From an uncultured Gammaproteobacteria bacterium (GTDB lineage Bacteria > Patescibacteriota > Microgenomatia > Woykebacterales > RBG-16-39-9b), in assembly GCA_964643435.1 (NCBI GenBank), contig CAZXPY010000001.1, forward strand, positions 74,802-138,801: DNA of 64,000 bases. Direction: 5' to 3'. The notes beneath the pieces are model-generated. The model saw only the letters and a list, made by a program, of their open reading frames with translations. It ran no database searches and was not told where the DNA came from. Position numbers and translations under genes: made by a program. Numbering within the stretch: the first letter of the stretch is position 1; each line of letters opens with the position of its first letter. Below are positions 35,627-46,276 of the stretch, one piece after another.

Positions 35627-36797
35627 AAATTGGAGAGTTATCCATATACTTTTTAACGGAATTATTTCAGAGGATTCAATTAGTGGAGGAGATCAGTTAA
35701 TCTTAGATTTAGTCAAAAATATTCCTTCACAAATCGAACTTGTAGTAATACTCCCAGAAAAAGCCAGAAAATATTGGGACCAGTTAAAATTAAAAAATAC
35801 TAAAGTTTATTCGCTAAGGAACTGGTTTTTTGATCGATCTCAAAACCCCCTTTTTGTTTTCCTCACTTATCTAAGAAGAGCGATTATATCATATTTAATT
35901 TTAAAGAAAGAAAAAAATATTCAAATAATTTATAGTTGCTCAGACGTTGTCTTAGCAGATATTTTGCCGGCATTTTTTATTAAGTTGGGTAGAAAAGACG
36001 TAATTTGGCTATCCCGAAATTACCATTTAATTTTGCCGCCTGCAAAAAGACAAGGGAATCTATTGGTTAATATAATATCTTTCCTAGGACAAAAAATTAA
36101 CTTTTGGATGATGAAGGAAAAATCTGATAAGATTTTAGCTTTAAACAATGCTTTAAAGAAACAGCTTATTAAACATAGATTTCCGAAAGAAAAACTCTCG
36201 GTTTTAGGTGCGGGTGTAGATACCCAAGTGATTAAGAAACATAAAATAAGAAAAAAGTATGATTACGAAGCAGTAGTCTTAGGGAGAATCCACCCTGCGA
36301 AGGGGATTTATGACTTAGTTAGAATTTGGGCTTTGGTGGTTAAAACGTCACCTGAGTATAAACTGGCAGTTGTTGGTAGTGGCGCCGTCCAACACGTGGT
36401 AGAACTAAGAAGAAGAATACGTGAATCTAAATTAGAAAAAAATATTGATTTATTAGGTTTTATACCAAAAGAAGATGTATATGATATTCTAAAAAGTGCT
36501 CAAGTTTTTCTTTGTCCTGACCATGAGAATGGTTGGGGGTTAGCTGTTTGTGAAGCCATGGCGTCTGGTTTACCAGTAGTTTCTTATAACATCGATATAT
36601 TTGGAAGCGTTTACCAAAAGGGTTTTATCTCTGTTCCATTATTCGATACTAAATTATTTGCTGAAAAAATAATTTTTTTGCTTGAAAATAAAGATGAAAG
36701 ACTACGAATCTCTCAAGATGCAAGAGCACAGTCAGAACAGTATGAAAATAAAAAAGTAGCGGCTACATTCTTAAATTTACTTAAAGAATATGATTAA
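35616..36797 (+). CDS. GT4 family glycosyltransferase
   Basis: C-terminal ..ENGWGLAVCEAMASGLPVV.. (the E-x7-E-like GT4 motif). Confidence 0.7.
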   Translation: MKPKNWRVIHILFNGIISEDSISGGDQLILDLVKNIPSQIELVVILPEKARKYWDQLKLKNTKVYSLRNWFFDRSQNPLFVFLTYLRRAIISYLILKKEKNIQIIYSCSDVVLADILPAFFIKLGRKDVIWLSRNYHLILPPAKRQGNLLVNIISFLGQKINFWMMKEKSDKILALNNALKKQLIKHRFPKEKLSVLGAGVDTQVIKKHKIRKKYDYEAVVLGRIHPAKGIYDLVRIWALVVKTSPEYKLAVVGSGAVQHVVELRRRIRESKLEKNIDLLGFIPKEDVYDILKSAQVFLCPDHENGWGLAVCEAMASGLPVVSYNIDIFGSVYQKGFISVPLFDTKLFAEKIIFLLENKDERLRISQDARAQSEQYENKKVAATFLNLLKEYD

Positions 36798-37929
36798 GCA
36801 AAAGAATCTGAGAATAGCAATTGTCGCCGATGTCATTAACGAACATTCCGGCGCCAGGGCACCTATCAGGTTAGCAACTTTTCTGAATAAAGAAAGTGCG
36901 GATATCACTTTTTTTGCTAGCAGCCACTTACTAGATTTAAATTTAAAAGAGGAGCTTCAAAAGAAGGGAATAAAAGTTTTTGTTTTGCCTTCAAGTAGAA
37001 TTCCTTTTTTGGGGCGTTTCTTTGGCGCCCTTAAACTATTCTTATATTTGAAAGAGGGGGATTTTGACATAATTTCGCTACAAAGTAGCTCATTATTATA
37101 TGCAATTATTAGGTTAACCGGCGTCCGAATTGTAAAAACCTATTACGGAACTCAATTAGATTTGGGTTTAAATATGAGAGATGGAATAATTAGCTTAATT
37201 CCGTCTTGGATTTTAAAATTTGTAATAATCCTAAGAGAAAAGTTGTTTTTTTTAATCTCTAACAAAGTTATCGCTATAAGTAAATATTTAGTAACTGAAG
37301 CCAAACAAATATATAATAAAAATATAGAATACGTTTACTTAGGGGTTGATCTGTTCAAAGTGGCTGAAGTAGCAGAAAATAAGAATAATAAAAAAATCAT
37401 TTGTTTGTCGGTAAGTAGAATAGTACCGTATAAAGGGTTCCACTTTCTTATAAAGGCTTTTTTGACTGTGAATAAGAAAGTACCCGATTTAAGACTTTAT
37501 ATAGTTGGTACCGCACCGTTTCCAAAGTATTTGTCTTTCTTAGATAAAATCAAAAATGAAAATGTAAAAATCTTATTGGACGTTGGTGACGAGCACTTAG
37601 GAAGTTTATACAAAAGTTGTGATATCTACGCTACTTTTGATCAATGGGTTCCTTGGAGTTTAGCTCCACTGGAGGCTAGCCTTTATTCAAAACCTCTGGT
37701 TGGTATAAAAGCCGGAGCAATGGGAGAAATAATAACTCATAATAAAAACGGGCTTTTGGCCAGCAATTTGGACGAATTTACTGATTATCTTTATAAACTC
37801 TCTACCGAAAAGAAATTAAGAGAACGTTTAGGGAAAGAAGCAAAAAGGTTAGCCGAAAAATTTTCTTGGAAAAGAACGGCGCAAGAGTATTTGGAAGTTT
37901 TTAGGGGGGTTCTTGAAAAGAATAATTAG
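36790..37929 (+). CDS. GT4 family glycosyltransferase
   Basis: GT-B fold; ..PWSLAPLEASLYSKPLVG... Confidence 0.65.
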   Translation: MIKQKNLRIAIVADVINEHSGARAPIRLATFLNKESADITFFASSHLLDLNLKEELQKKGIKVFVLPSSRIPFLGRFFGALKLFLYLKEGDFDIISLQSSSLLYAIIRLTGVRIVKTYYGTQLDLGLNMRDGIISLIPSWILKFVIILREKLFFLISNKVIAISKYLVTEAKQIYNKNIEYVYLGVDLFKVAEVAENKNNKKIICLSVSRIVPYKGFHFLIKAFLTVNKKVPDLRLYIVGTAPFPKYLSFLDKIKNENVKILLDVGDEHLGSLYKSCDIYATFDQWVPWSLAPLEASLYSKPLVGIKAGAMGEIITHNKNGLLASNLDEFTDYLYKLSTEKKLRERLGKEAKRLAEKFSWKRTAQEYLEVFRGVLEKNN

Positions 37930-40033
37930 TTTTTTTAAGAAATTTTACCAAGAAATTTTAATTATTTTATTTTTCCTAATTGTCGCGATTATCTATACCT
38001 ATCCTCTCTTTTTCAGATTAAATGAAGTTGTTTGGGGCTACGTAGGGGATAATTTTGGGGCTATTTGGTATGTTTGGTGGTTAAAGTATTCAAGTCTAAA
38101 AGGGTTGCCTTCTGATTTTACAAATCTTGTAAATTTTCCGTTTGGTCTAAAAATCGATGCTTCTTCAAATATTGAACCAATCTGGCAGCTTTTCTTACAG
38201 TACTTTGGCTTTCTCCTTGGAGAGATATTTACCTTTAATTTTCTAATTTTCTTAAGTTTCCCGCTTTCCGCAATAACAATGTACGCACTTATTCATTATT
38301 TAACAAAAGATAAATTGGCGGCTACTTTAGTTGCGATAGTTTATATGCTTTTGCCTTATCATTTCTGGCAAAGCTATCAACACGTCGCTCTTTCTCAGAT
38401 TCAATGGTTACCACTTTATGTTTTGGCACTTTTGAAACTAGATTCTAACCCCAATTTTCGAAATTCTCTTTTTGCCGCCGTAAGTTTTCTGCTTGTTGCC
38501 CTCTCTTCTGTCTATCATGGTTATTTTATGGTTCTTTTTACAATAAGTTTTGTTATTTTCAAAATTTTGTATAAACTTCTTACCGAAAGAAAAAATTATC
38601 TTAACTTCAATAGGCTAAAATATTTTAGTTTGACACTCATTTTTATAATTTTGGTAATTTCTCCCTTCGCATATAAATTTTATCAAACAAGATCAGTTAC
38701 TTCTTTAGGTGCTACCGAAGCCTATAAAAGACCAATCGAAAATTTATTAGGTCTCTCAGCACGACCGTGGGATTTTTTTATTCCGCCAAGCGACCACCCA
38801 TTCTTCGGTAAATATGAACATGGTCTCTACGCAAAAATTCGTACCTTTAGTAATGATTACAAAACAATTAGTGCTTTTTTGCCCGAGCGGATTATGTACG
38901 TCGGAATTCCAGCGTTTCTTCTAGCTTTAGTGGGAATTTATTTTTCTCTAAAAGGTAGACGCAAAGAACTAATTATAGTTTTGCTCGGGGTTAGTGCATT
39001 TTTAGCCGCCACTGCAGCCCCTCCGTTTGTTATTATTAAAGGTAAGACAATATATCTTCCTTCTTATTTTTTTTACCAGGTCCTACCAATAATTAGGGTT
39101 TACGCTCGTTTAGGGATTGTACTTGATCTTTTGATTTTACTTTTCGCCGGATTTGGCTTTAGTTTTTTGTTCTCTAAAATTAAGAATAAGATACTTTTAT
39201 TTGGGTCTTTTTGTTTGTTAATAGCTTTATTTCTCTTTGAGTTTGCTAATTTTCTTCAACCTAAAATTTCTGATATTAGTAAGATTCCAGAAACGTACGA
39301 ATGGTTAAAAGGGCAAAGAGGTTTAGTAAATATTATTGAATACCCAAGGACGTTTAATGTAGCCGCTAGTCTACTTTATCAAAGATATCACGAAAAGGGG
39401 ATTTTTAACCTCTCCGGAAGCTTTGCTAGCACTTCTCCTTATACCCCGCTTTGGGATATAATTGAAAACCCAACAAGTTCTGATACTGCTAAAGTTCTTT
39501 CTGCCTTGGGTTTAGATTATGCTTTGATTCACGTTAAGACTCCTTACAATATGTTGAATCCTTTTGACGAAATAGGATTGAGCCAAATAGTCGAAGAGGG
39601 TAGATGGATCCCTTTGCGTGGTAATGGAATTTCCGGTTTTGAACTTGCTTCGTCTTTTGATGATGGGTTTTTCGTGAAAATAACCGCCAATCCTGATAAA
39701 CTAATAATTTTTGAAGAAGAAAGTGTAAGATTCTTACCAAATAGTAGAGATTGGTTATGGAAAGATTCTCGCAATACCCTCTATTTCTTAAATATAAAAA
39801 AACAACCAATATTTATTAATTTAAAATTTGATTATTTTGGTTTTGAAAGAGAGAATCTTAAATCAGTATTTAGATATAAAGAAGACATGATTCAAAAAGA
39901 AATCGAATTAAAAAGTCTTGAAGGGCCTTTAAAAATTAATCAGGGTATAAGTTCTTTAAGATTTGAAATCAATGATATGGGGACTGAATTCGGTGTAAGA
40001 AATATATCTGTTTCTGAATTTAAAGCTAAGTAA
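37913..40033 (+). CDS. Large polytopic membrane protein, GT-C-like putative glycosyltransferase (paralog of 47364..49175)
   Basis: 706 aa with more than 12 TM helices and a C-terminal soluble domain. Its N-terminal motif YPLFFRLNEVVWGYVGDNFGAIWYVWWLKYS parallels FPLIFKFTTNIPGVDEDSPTHVWYLWWFKFS in the minus-strand paralog. Confidence 0.4.
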   Translation: MKRIISFFKKFYQEILIILFFLIVAIIYTYPLFFRLNEVVWGYVGDNFGAIWYVWWLKYSSLKGLPSDFTNLVNFPFGLKIDASSNIEPIWQLFLQYFGFLLGEIFTFNFLIFLSFPLSAITMYALIHYLTKDKLAATLVAIVYMLLPYHFWQSYQHVALSQIQWLPLYVLALLKLDSNPNFRNSLFAAVSFLLVALSSVYHGYFMVLFTISFVIFKILYKLLTERKNYLNFNRLKYFSLTLIFIILVISPFAYKFYQTRSVTSLGATEAYKRPIENLLGLSARPWDFFIPPSDHPFFGKYEHGLYAKIRTFSNDYKTISAFLPERIMYVGIPAFLLALVGIYFSLKGRRKELIIVLLGVSAFLAATAAPPFVIIKGKTIYLPSYFFYQVLPIIRVYARLGIVLDLLILLFAGFGFSFLFSKIKNKILLFGSFCLLIALFLFEFANFLQPKISDISKIPETYEWLKGQRGLVNIIEYPRTFNVAASLLYQRYHEKGIFNLSGSFASTSPYTPLWDIIENPTSSDTAKVLSALGLDYALIHVKTPYNMLNPFDEIGLSQIVEEGRWIPLRGNGISGFELASSFDDGFFVKITANPDKLIIFEEESVRFLPNSRDWLWKDSRNTLYFLNIKKQPIFINLKFDYFGFERENLKSVFRYKEDMIQKEIELKSLEGPLKINQGISSLRFEINDMGTEFGVRNISVSEFKAK

Positions 40034-40036
40034 AAA

Positions 40037-41029
40037 ATGAAAGAGTATAAAGGTAAAAAAGTTCTGGTCTTTGGTGGTTTGGGGTTTATGGGGGTTAATC
40101 TTTGTCGGGAGCTTTATTTAAGTGGAGCTAAACTCTCTATATTTGATTTAAATATTACTAACCAGGTTCAAAAAAAACTAAAAAATTTAAATATTAAAGC
40201 CATTCGTGGGGATATTACGGTCCTTGACGATTGCTTAAAGGCCGTTTCTGAAGCGGAAATAATTTTTAATTTGGCTGGTCGGAGTGGGGCAGCCGCTTCG
40301 ATGGAAAACCCCTTCTTAGATTTAAAAGTTAATGGATTCGGGGTTTTGAATATTTTAGAAGCAGCCAGGGCTTATAATCCAGAAGTGAAAATTGTTTTTC
40401 CAGGTTCAAGATTACAATTTGGGAAGGTGGAAAAATTGCCGGTTGCGGAAGACCATCCAATGAGACCAACTAGCCTTTACGGTATTCATAAACTTCTTGG
40501 TGAAAATTATCACCTCTCTTACCACCATTTTTATGGTTTAAATACTTGCGTTTTGCGGTTCTCTAATCCTTATGGTCCTCATTTAAGAATGAAAAAGCAA
40601 GAATATAACATTTTTAATTATTTTATTGAATTAGCTCTGCAAAAGGGCGTTCTAAAAGTTTATGGCGATGGTAGCCAAATACGGGATTATATTTTCATAG
40701 AAGATGTTGTCAACGCCTTCTTGGCTGGAGGAATAAATAAAGCCGCAAACGGTGAAGTTTTTAACGTTGGTAGTGGAGTCGGAACTGCCTTTATTGAGGC
40801 TGCAAAGACTATAGTGAAAGTAGTCGGAAAGGGAAGGATCGAGCAGATTTCTTGGCCAAAACAAGCCCAAAACTTAGAGACTGGAGATTATATAGCGGAT
40901 ATCACTAAAATAAAAAAAGTTTTGGGTTGGGAACCGAAATACTCCTTAACTAACGGAATCAAAGAAACTGTTTCTTGGTTTAAACAAAAGAAAGATGATT
41001 TCTACGCATCACTAGAGGGGCGAAGTTGA
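40037..41029 (+). CDS. NAD-dependent sugar epimerase/dehydratase (extended SDR)
   Basis: KVLVFGGLGFMGVNL Rossmann motif; YGIHK catalytic motif. Confidence 0.7.
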   Translation: MKEYKGKKVLVFGGLGFMGVNLCRELYLSGAKLSIFDLNITNQVQKKLKNLNIKAIRGDITVLDDCLKAVSEAEIIFNLAGRSGAAASMENPFLDLKVNGFGVLNILEAARAYNPEVKIVFPGSRLQFGKVEKLPVAEDHPMRPTSLYGIHKLLGENYHLSYHHFYGLNTCVLRFSNPYGPHLRMKKQEYNIFNYFIELALQKGVLKVYGDGSQIRDYIFIEDVVNAFLAGGINKAANGEVFNVGSGVGTAFIEAAKTIVKVVGKGRIEQISWPKQAQNLETGDYIADITKIKKVLGWEPKYSLTNGIKETVSWFKQKKDDFYASLEGRS

Positions 41030-42111
41030 TGGAAGTTATTTATAGTGTGGGGAGTAAAATCCCTGGAGGTGGGATTGGTAACGTTGCCTATTATGCAATC
41101 GATGCTTTAAAGAAACGAAAAATTTTAAAGAAATCCATATCAACCGGTGGTCAAATCGCTGATGTTAAATTCCCATTTCTTAATTTGGTTCCTAGTTGGG
41201 TAATAAAGGATAATTTGTTTGATTTTTTTTCCTCTTTTTTTGTCGAGAAATGCAGTATTTTCCACGGTTGGAATAATATGTGCTATTTGGCCGCAAAACG
41301 CGCCAAAAAATTTGGAGCAAAAATAGTAGTGGAGAGGGCTTCATCTCACATCAAAACCCAAGAAGATCTTTTAAAAGAAGAGTACAAAATCTGGGGGATT
41401 GAAGGCTCAGCAATAGATTCTTTTACCTTGAAAAAATCCTTACTTGAATATGAAATTGCTGATTATATATTAGTCCCGTCGGTATTTGCTAGGAAAAGTT
41501 TTTTAGATTGGGGGGTAGATCCGCGTAAAGTAAAATTATTACCTTTCGGTGTAGATTTGAATAAATTTAAAAAGAAGCAAAAACTCCCAGAAAAATTTAC
41601 TTGTTTATTTGTGGGGCAAGTAGGAATTCGTAAAGGGGTGCAATACTTACTGAAAGCCTGGAGAAGCTTAGCCTTAAAGAACAGCGAGTTAATAATCGTC
41701 GGCCCTATCTTCCCGGATTTCAAAAAATTTTTAAAAGATTTTGTGCTGCTTGAAAGCGTAAAATTTGTTGATTATAGCCGAGATTTACCGGCTCTTTATA
41801 AAAACGCTAGTGTATTCGTCTTTCCTTCAATTGAAGAAGGCAGTGCTCTCGTAACTTATGAGGCTATGGCGGCTGGTTTGCCGATTATTACGACAAGAAA
41901 CAGCGGTTCTCTTATCGAAGAAGGAAAAAGCGGTTTTATCGTTCAAATTAGAGATTTCAACTCCCTGGCTGAAAAAATAGAGTACTTTCATGATAATCCT
42001 TCAAAAATTTTAGAATTTGGTAATAATGCTCGTAAAACAATCGAAAATTACTCTTGGAGCGCTTATAAAAAAAAATTAATTAATTTTTATTCAAGGATTA
42101 AATATGACTAG
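41026..42111 (+). CDS. GT4 family glycosyltransferase
   Basis: ..EEGSALVTYEAMAAGLPIITT.. Confidence 0.7.
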   Translation: MMEVIYSVGSKIPGGGIGNVAYYAIDALKKRKILKKSISTGGQIADVKFPFLNLVPSWVIKDNLFDFFSSFFVEKCSIFHGWNNMCYLAAKRAKKFGAKIVVERASSHIKTQEDLLKEEYKIWGIEGSAIDSFTLKKSLLEYEIADYILVPSVFARKSFLDWGVDPRKVKLLPFGVDLNKFKKKQKLPEKFTCLFVGQVGIRKGVQYLLKAWRSLALKNSELIIVGPIFPDFKKFLKDFVLLESVKFVDYSRDLPALYKNASVFVFPSIEEGSALVTYEAMAAGLPIITTRNSGSLIEEGKSGFIVQIRDFNSLAEKIEYFHDNPSKILEFGNNARKTIENYSWSAYKKKLINFYSRIKYD

Positions 42112-42871
42112 TTCCGTGGCAAAATATTGGGAAGAAGTTTTTAAGCACCACAGTGCTTACGAAACCGCTAATGTAGGAAAAGAGTTCTTTTTGCGCTATC
42201 AAAATAGCGCTTATGTCCAATCTATGTTGAACTTTGCAAAAATCAAAAAGGGAAAAATTTTGGAAGCGGGTTGTGGTAGTGGAAAATTTTCAGTAACCTT
42301 AGCAACTCTAGGTTTTGAGGTCTGGGCGTTAGATTATTCCGACAAAGTTTTAGAGAACGTGAAGAAATTAGCCGCTACCGCGGAAGTTTTTTTTGGGCCT
42401 CTAAAATTAAATCTCTTTAAGGGAGATTTAACTAACTTGTCCTTAAAAAGAAATTTTTTTGATATCACCTTTAACGAAGGAGTGGTTGAACACTGGCTAA
42501 TTAAAAAAGAAAGACTTGACGTCATTAAACAGATGATGTCGGTTACAAAAGTGGGCGGGGCAGTTGCGATTTTTGTTCCAAATGGCTATCACCCTTTTCA
42601 TAAATGGTGGGTTTATAGTTCTTTTAAGGGATATCTAACAGCACCACCGATGACTCTTTATAGTGTAAAGAAATTAAAAAAAGAAATGCAAGAAGTTGGT
42701 TTGGTGGCTTTAGAAAGCGATGGTTTTGATTCCTATTATAGCATCAATAAATGGCCGCGTATTAGTTTATTTGATTATCCAATTGGTTTTTTAGAAAAAA
42801 ATATTAAACCACCAAAATTTTTTCGAGAAGCTTTTGGTTTAAATATTGGTGGTTTTGGTGAGAAAGTATGA
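42104..42871 (+). CDS. Class I SAM-dependent methyltransferase
   Basis: ILEAGCGSGKFS motif I. Confidence 0.6.
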   Translation: MTSSVAKYWEEVFKHHSAYETANVGKEFFLRYQNSAYVQSMLNFAKIKKGKILEAGCGSGKFSVTLATLGFEVWALDYSDKVLENVKKLAATAEVFFGPLKLNLFKGDLTNLSLKRNFFDITFNEGVVEHWLIKKERLDVIKQMMSVTKVGGAVAIFVPNGYHPFHKWWVYSSFKGYLTAPPMTLYSVKKLKKEMQEVGLVALESDGFDSYYSINKWPRISLFDYPIGFLEKNIKPPKFFREAFGLNIGGFGEKV

Positions 42872-44307
42872 ATGTTGGTGAATCTGCCCTAAAAAGTACT
42901 TTTTTTGTTGCGATTAACTCGTACTTTAATATGGGAGTTAATTTCGTAACTGGAGTGACTTTGGCCCGGATTTTGCTTCCAGAGCATTTTGGTGTAGTGG
43001 CTTTAGCTAGCTTCTTTCTGGGTCTTTTTGGGAGGGTCAGAGAATTTGGTTTAGATCTTGCTCTAGTTCACAAACAAGAAGATATCGATAAAACTTTAAG
43101 CACTCATTTTTTCCTGCAAATACTTTTAGCCCTGGTCAATTTTATTTTAATTTTGATTGCGTTTCCGTTATTATCCCGCTATTACTCTTCTGAAACAATT
43201 TTAGTTTTACTTATTCTCGGTAGTTTTGTGATTTTAAAAGCAGCTAGCGCAACTCAAAGGGCTTATTTGGAAAAAGAGCTCCTTTTTAAATACACGACAA
43301 TTTTTGATATGGCTTCACTTTTAATTTCTTCAATTATTTCGGTGGTAGCAGCCGTTAAGGGTTTCGGTCTTTGGAGTTTAGTTTTAGGAAACACTAGTTA
43401 TACTTTTTTTAATTTTTTATTCCTTTGGATATTGCGACCTTGGAAGTTGAGGCTTGATTTTGATAGAAAAATCGCTATTTGGTTTTTTAAATTTGGCTCA
43501 TATCTATGGATTGGTGGTATAACTACTTTTATTATTTTACAATACAACGATTTTCTTATTGGGACTTTCTTAGGGATAACTATTTTAGGTTACTACTCTC
43601 GGGCTTTTAATTACTCCCAAATCCCCACAAATCTCGTCACTAGCGTTGTATCTCGCGTTGCCTTTCCAACTTACGCGAAACTCCAATCTGACAAAATAAA
43701 ACTGCAAACAACCTTCTCACTAGTCTTGCGAAATATTGTTAGGTTTTCAGCCCCAATTAGTTTAATACTTGTTCTTACCGCGGCTGATTTTATTGAGTTT
43801 CTAATCGGTCCTAAATGGCTTCCCATGGTACCGATCTTCCAGATTTTAATTGTTTACTCACTCTTGCGACCTATTTTTGATGATACCGGGTCGTTTCTGG
43901 CAGCTATTGGTAAACCAAATTTGGTCGCTAAATATCTTACTGCTATGGCAATAATTTTTCTAATTATTTCTCCGCTTCTTATGAACACTTTTGGGGCGGC
44001 AGGTGGCGCCATTTCTCTAGGGATTATCCTGTTGTTAGGAGTACTTTTAGCTTATTATTACGCTGCCCGCTTTATAAAAATTGATTTTCCTAAAATTTTC
44101 GGACCAGTTATTTTAGCAACCCTTCTTAGTGCAATTGTTTATTTTCTAATTAAAGGTTGGTACAATTTCTCTCCGCTGTCTATTTTTTACAGATTAGCAA
44201 TTGAATGGTTGATTTTGGGGGTCTCTTATCTGGTATCAATCTTTATTTTTGAGAAAAAACAAATAAAAGAGGACTTAAAACTGCTGCTCTCTATAATTAA
44301 AAAATGA
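42868..44307 (+). CDS. Wzx-like polysaccharide flippase (MOP superfamily)
   Basis: 479 aa with about 12-14 TM helices in a polysaccharide-biosynthesis-protein pattern. Confidence 0.6.
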   Translation: MNVGESALKSTFFVAINSYFNMGVNFVTGVTLARILLPEHFGVVALASFFLGLFGRVREFGLDLALVHKQEDIDKTLSTHFFLQILLALVNFILILIAFPLLSRYYSSETILVLLILGSFVILKAASATQRAYLEKELLFKYTTIFDMASLLISSIISVVAAVKGFGLWSLVLGNTSYTFFNFLFLWILRPWKLRLDFDRKIAIWFFKFGSYLWIGGITTFIILQYNDFLIGTFLGITILGYYSRAFNYSQIPTNLVTSVVSRVAFPTYAKLQSDKIKLQTTFSLVLRNIVRFSAPISLILVLTAADFIEFLIGPKWLPMVPIFQILIVYSLLRPIFDDTGSFLAAIGKPNLVAKYLTAMAIIFLIISPLLMNTFGAAGGAISLGIILLLGVLLAYYYAARFIKIDFPKIFGPVILATLLSAIVYFLIKGWYNFSPLSIFYRLAIEWLILGVSYLVSIFIFEKKQIKEDLKLLLSIIKK

Positions 44308-45173
44308 TTTTTTGTAGTGTTATAATACCCACCTTTAATCGAAAAGAAAAGATTAGAAAAACAATCCTGTCTTTGCTCAATCAATCTTTACCCAAGGAAA
44401 AATTTGAGATCATTATTGTAGATGACGGTAGTACTGACAGTACGCAAAATGTTGTTAAAGAGTTTGCTAAAAAAGTTATTTATTTAAGGCAGGAGAATAA
44501 AGGACCGGCAGCAGCTAGGAATTATGGAATTAGGAAAGCAAGTGGTGAGATTGTTGCCTTTACAGATGATGACTGTGTTGTTCCGTCTAGTTGGCTAGAA
44601 AAAATCTTGTCCGGGTTTGAAAAGCACGAAACAGTAGTTGCAGTTGGTGGTTATCTCGAAGCCCCAGAAGAAATTTTGAGAAGCAATATATTTGCGCGGT
44701 ACGAAAGCTTTATTAGCAGAAAAAATTACCGAGTTTCCGAAAAAGAGGAAGTTAGTGGCTGGGAGAATCCTAGTGGGGGGACTAATAATCTAGCTTATTT
44801 AAAAAGAATTATTTTGGAAGTTGGCGGTTTTGATGAAACCTTTCCGACTGCTGGTGGTGAAGACGCTGATTTAAAATGGCGAATAACCCAGAAAGGCTAT
44901 AGATTCCTCTACCTTCCTTTAAAAGTCGAGCACCATCAGGATTATAATTTTAAAGGGTTTATAAGACAAAGCCGAAATAGAGGGATCGGCGAATTCTACT
45001 TTTCTAAAAAATGGGGAGACGTTCCAACTAAAATTACCATTTTTAAAAATTTAGTTTTCGTAACCTTAAGATTCTTTAAAAAGTTAATTTTTGAAAAAGA
45101 AAGATTACTGAATATTTTAGACTTTATCTTTCAATTTAATAAAGAAAAGGTGAAACTTTCCTTACTCTCATGA
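44304..45173 (+). CDS. GT2 family glycosyltransferase
   Basis: SVIIPTFNRKEKI, VDDGSTDST, TDDDCV. Confidence 0.7.
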   Translation: MIFCSVIIPTFNRKEKIRKTILSLLNQSLPKEKFEIIIVDDGSTDSTQNVVKEFAKKVIYLRQENKGPAAARNYGIRKASGEIVAFTDDDCVVPSSWLEKILSGFEKHETVVAVGGYLEAPEEILRSNIFARYESFISRKNYRVSEKEEVSGWENPSGGTNNLAYLKRIILEVGGFDETFPTAGGEDADLKWRITQKGYRFLYLPLKVEHHQDYNFKGFIRQSRNRGIGEFYFSKKWGDVPTKITIFKNLVFVTLRFFKKLIFEKERLLNILDFIFQFNKEKVKLSLLS

Positions 45174-46276
45174 AAATTGCAGTTATTCAAAATCCAAAGG
45201 ACCGTTGGTCAACAAAAAGTATGGAGATTTATGGTCAAGAACTGCTTATTTCCCTGGAAAAAAATTTCAAAGATCTTGATATAAACTTATTTAAATTCGC
45301 CATTCCTCCGATTTTTAATTTATTACCAGCAAAGATATTATTTAAATTTAGTCGCTTTAAATATTATCCAGCTAAATTGAGGGGTATTAAGGCCGATGTT
45401 TGTCACATTGTCGATCACAGCTTTTCTAATTTTATTTACAGTTTAGATAAAGAAAGAACTGTAATAACTTGTCACGACTTGATACCGCTAAAAGAAATTG
45501 GGGGAAAAAATACTATTCAAGATAAATTTGCTTTAAACAATTTCCTTGAAATTGTGAAAGGTTTAAAAGAAGCTGCTTTTGTAATTGCTGATTCGCAAGC
45601 AACTAAAAGAGACCTGGTTGAACTTTTGCAGATTGAACCAAATAAAATTGAAGTAGTTTACTTAGGAAAAGACGAAACCTACAAAAAAATAAAAAATAAG
45701 AAAAGTTTATCTTTATTTAAAGAAAAAAATAAACTTTCCGATAAACCACTTATTCTTCACGTTGGGAATAATTTAGCCTATAAAAACATAGAAGGAATTT
45801 TAAAAGCTTTACAAATTTTAAAACAAAAAAAATTCTCTTTTGAATTTGTAAAAGTTGGTGAGAGATTTACCAAAGATCAAGCAGAGATGATTTCAAATTA
45901 CAATCTTTCAGAAGAAATTAACTACTTGGGACAATTGAATCACAAGGATTTAGTTTATCTTTACAACGCTGCTTCAGTATTAATTTACCCCTCATATTTT
46001 GAAGGGTTTGGTTTGCCAGTACTTGAATCTCTAGCCTGTGGTTTACCGACGGTTATTTCGAAAAATACTTCTTTAGAGGAGATAGCGGGTGAAGCTGGGG
46101 TTTATGTAAATCCTTATAATCCAGAATCTATAGCAAAAGGATTAGATTGGGTAATTTCTTTAGGAGATAAGGAAAGGGAGAAACTTAGTAAGAAATGTTT
46201 ACTTGTTTCAAAAAATTTTTCTTGGGATAGGACAGCGAGAGCCACTTACAGCGTTTACAAAAAAGTCTATGGTTAG
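45170..46276 (+). CDS. GT4 family glycosyltransferase
   Basis: ..YFEGFGLPVLESLACGLPTV.. Confidence 0.7.
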   Translation: MKIAVIQNPKDRWSTKSMEIYGQELLISLEKNFKDLDINLFKFAIPPIFNLLPAKILFKFSRFKYYPAKLRGIKADVCHIVDHSFSNFIYSLDKERTVITCHDLIPLKEIGGKNTIQDKFALNNFLEIVKGLKEAAFVIADSQATKRDLVELLQIEPNKIEVVYLGKDETYKKIKNKKSLSLFKEKNKLSDKPLILHVGNNLAYKNIEGILKALQILKQKKFSFEFVKVGERFTKDQAEMISNYNLSEEINYLGQLNHKDLVYLYNAASVLIYPSYFEGFGLPVLESLACGLPTVISKNTSLEEIAGEAGVYVNPYNPESIAKGLDWVISLGDKEREKLSKKCLLVSKNFSWDRTARATYSVYKKVYG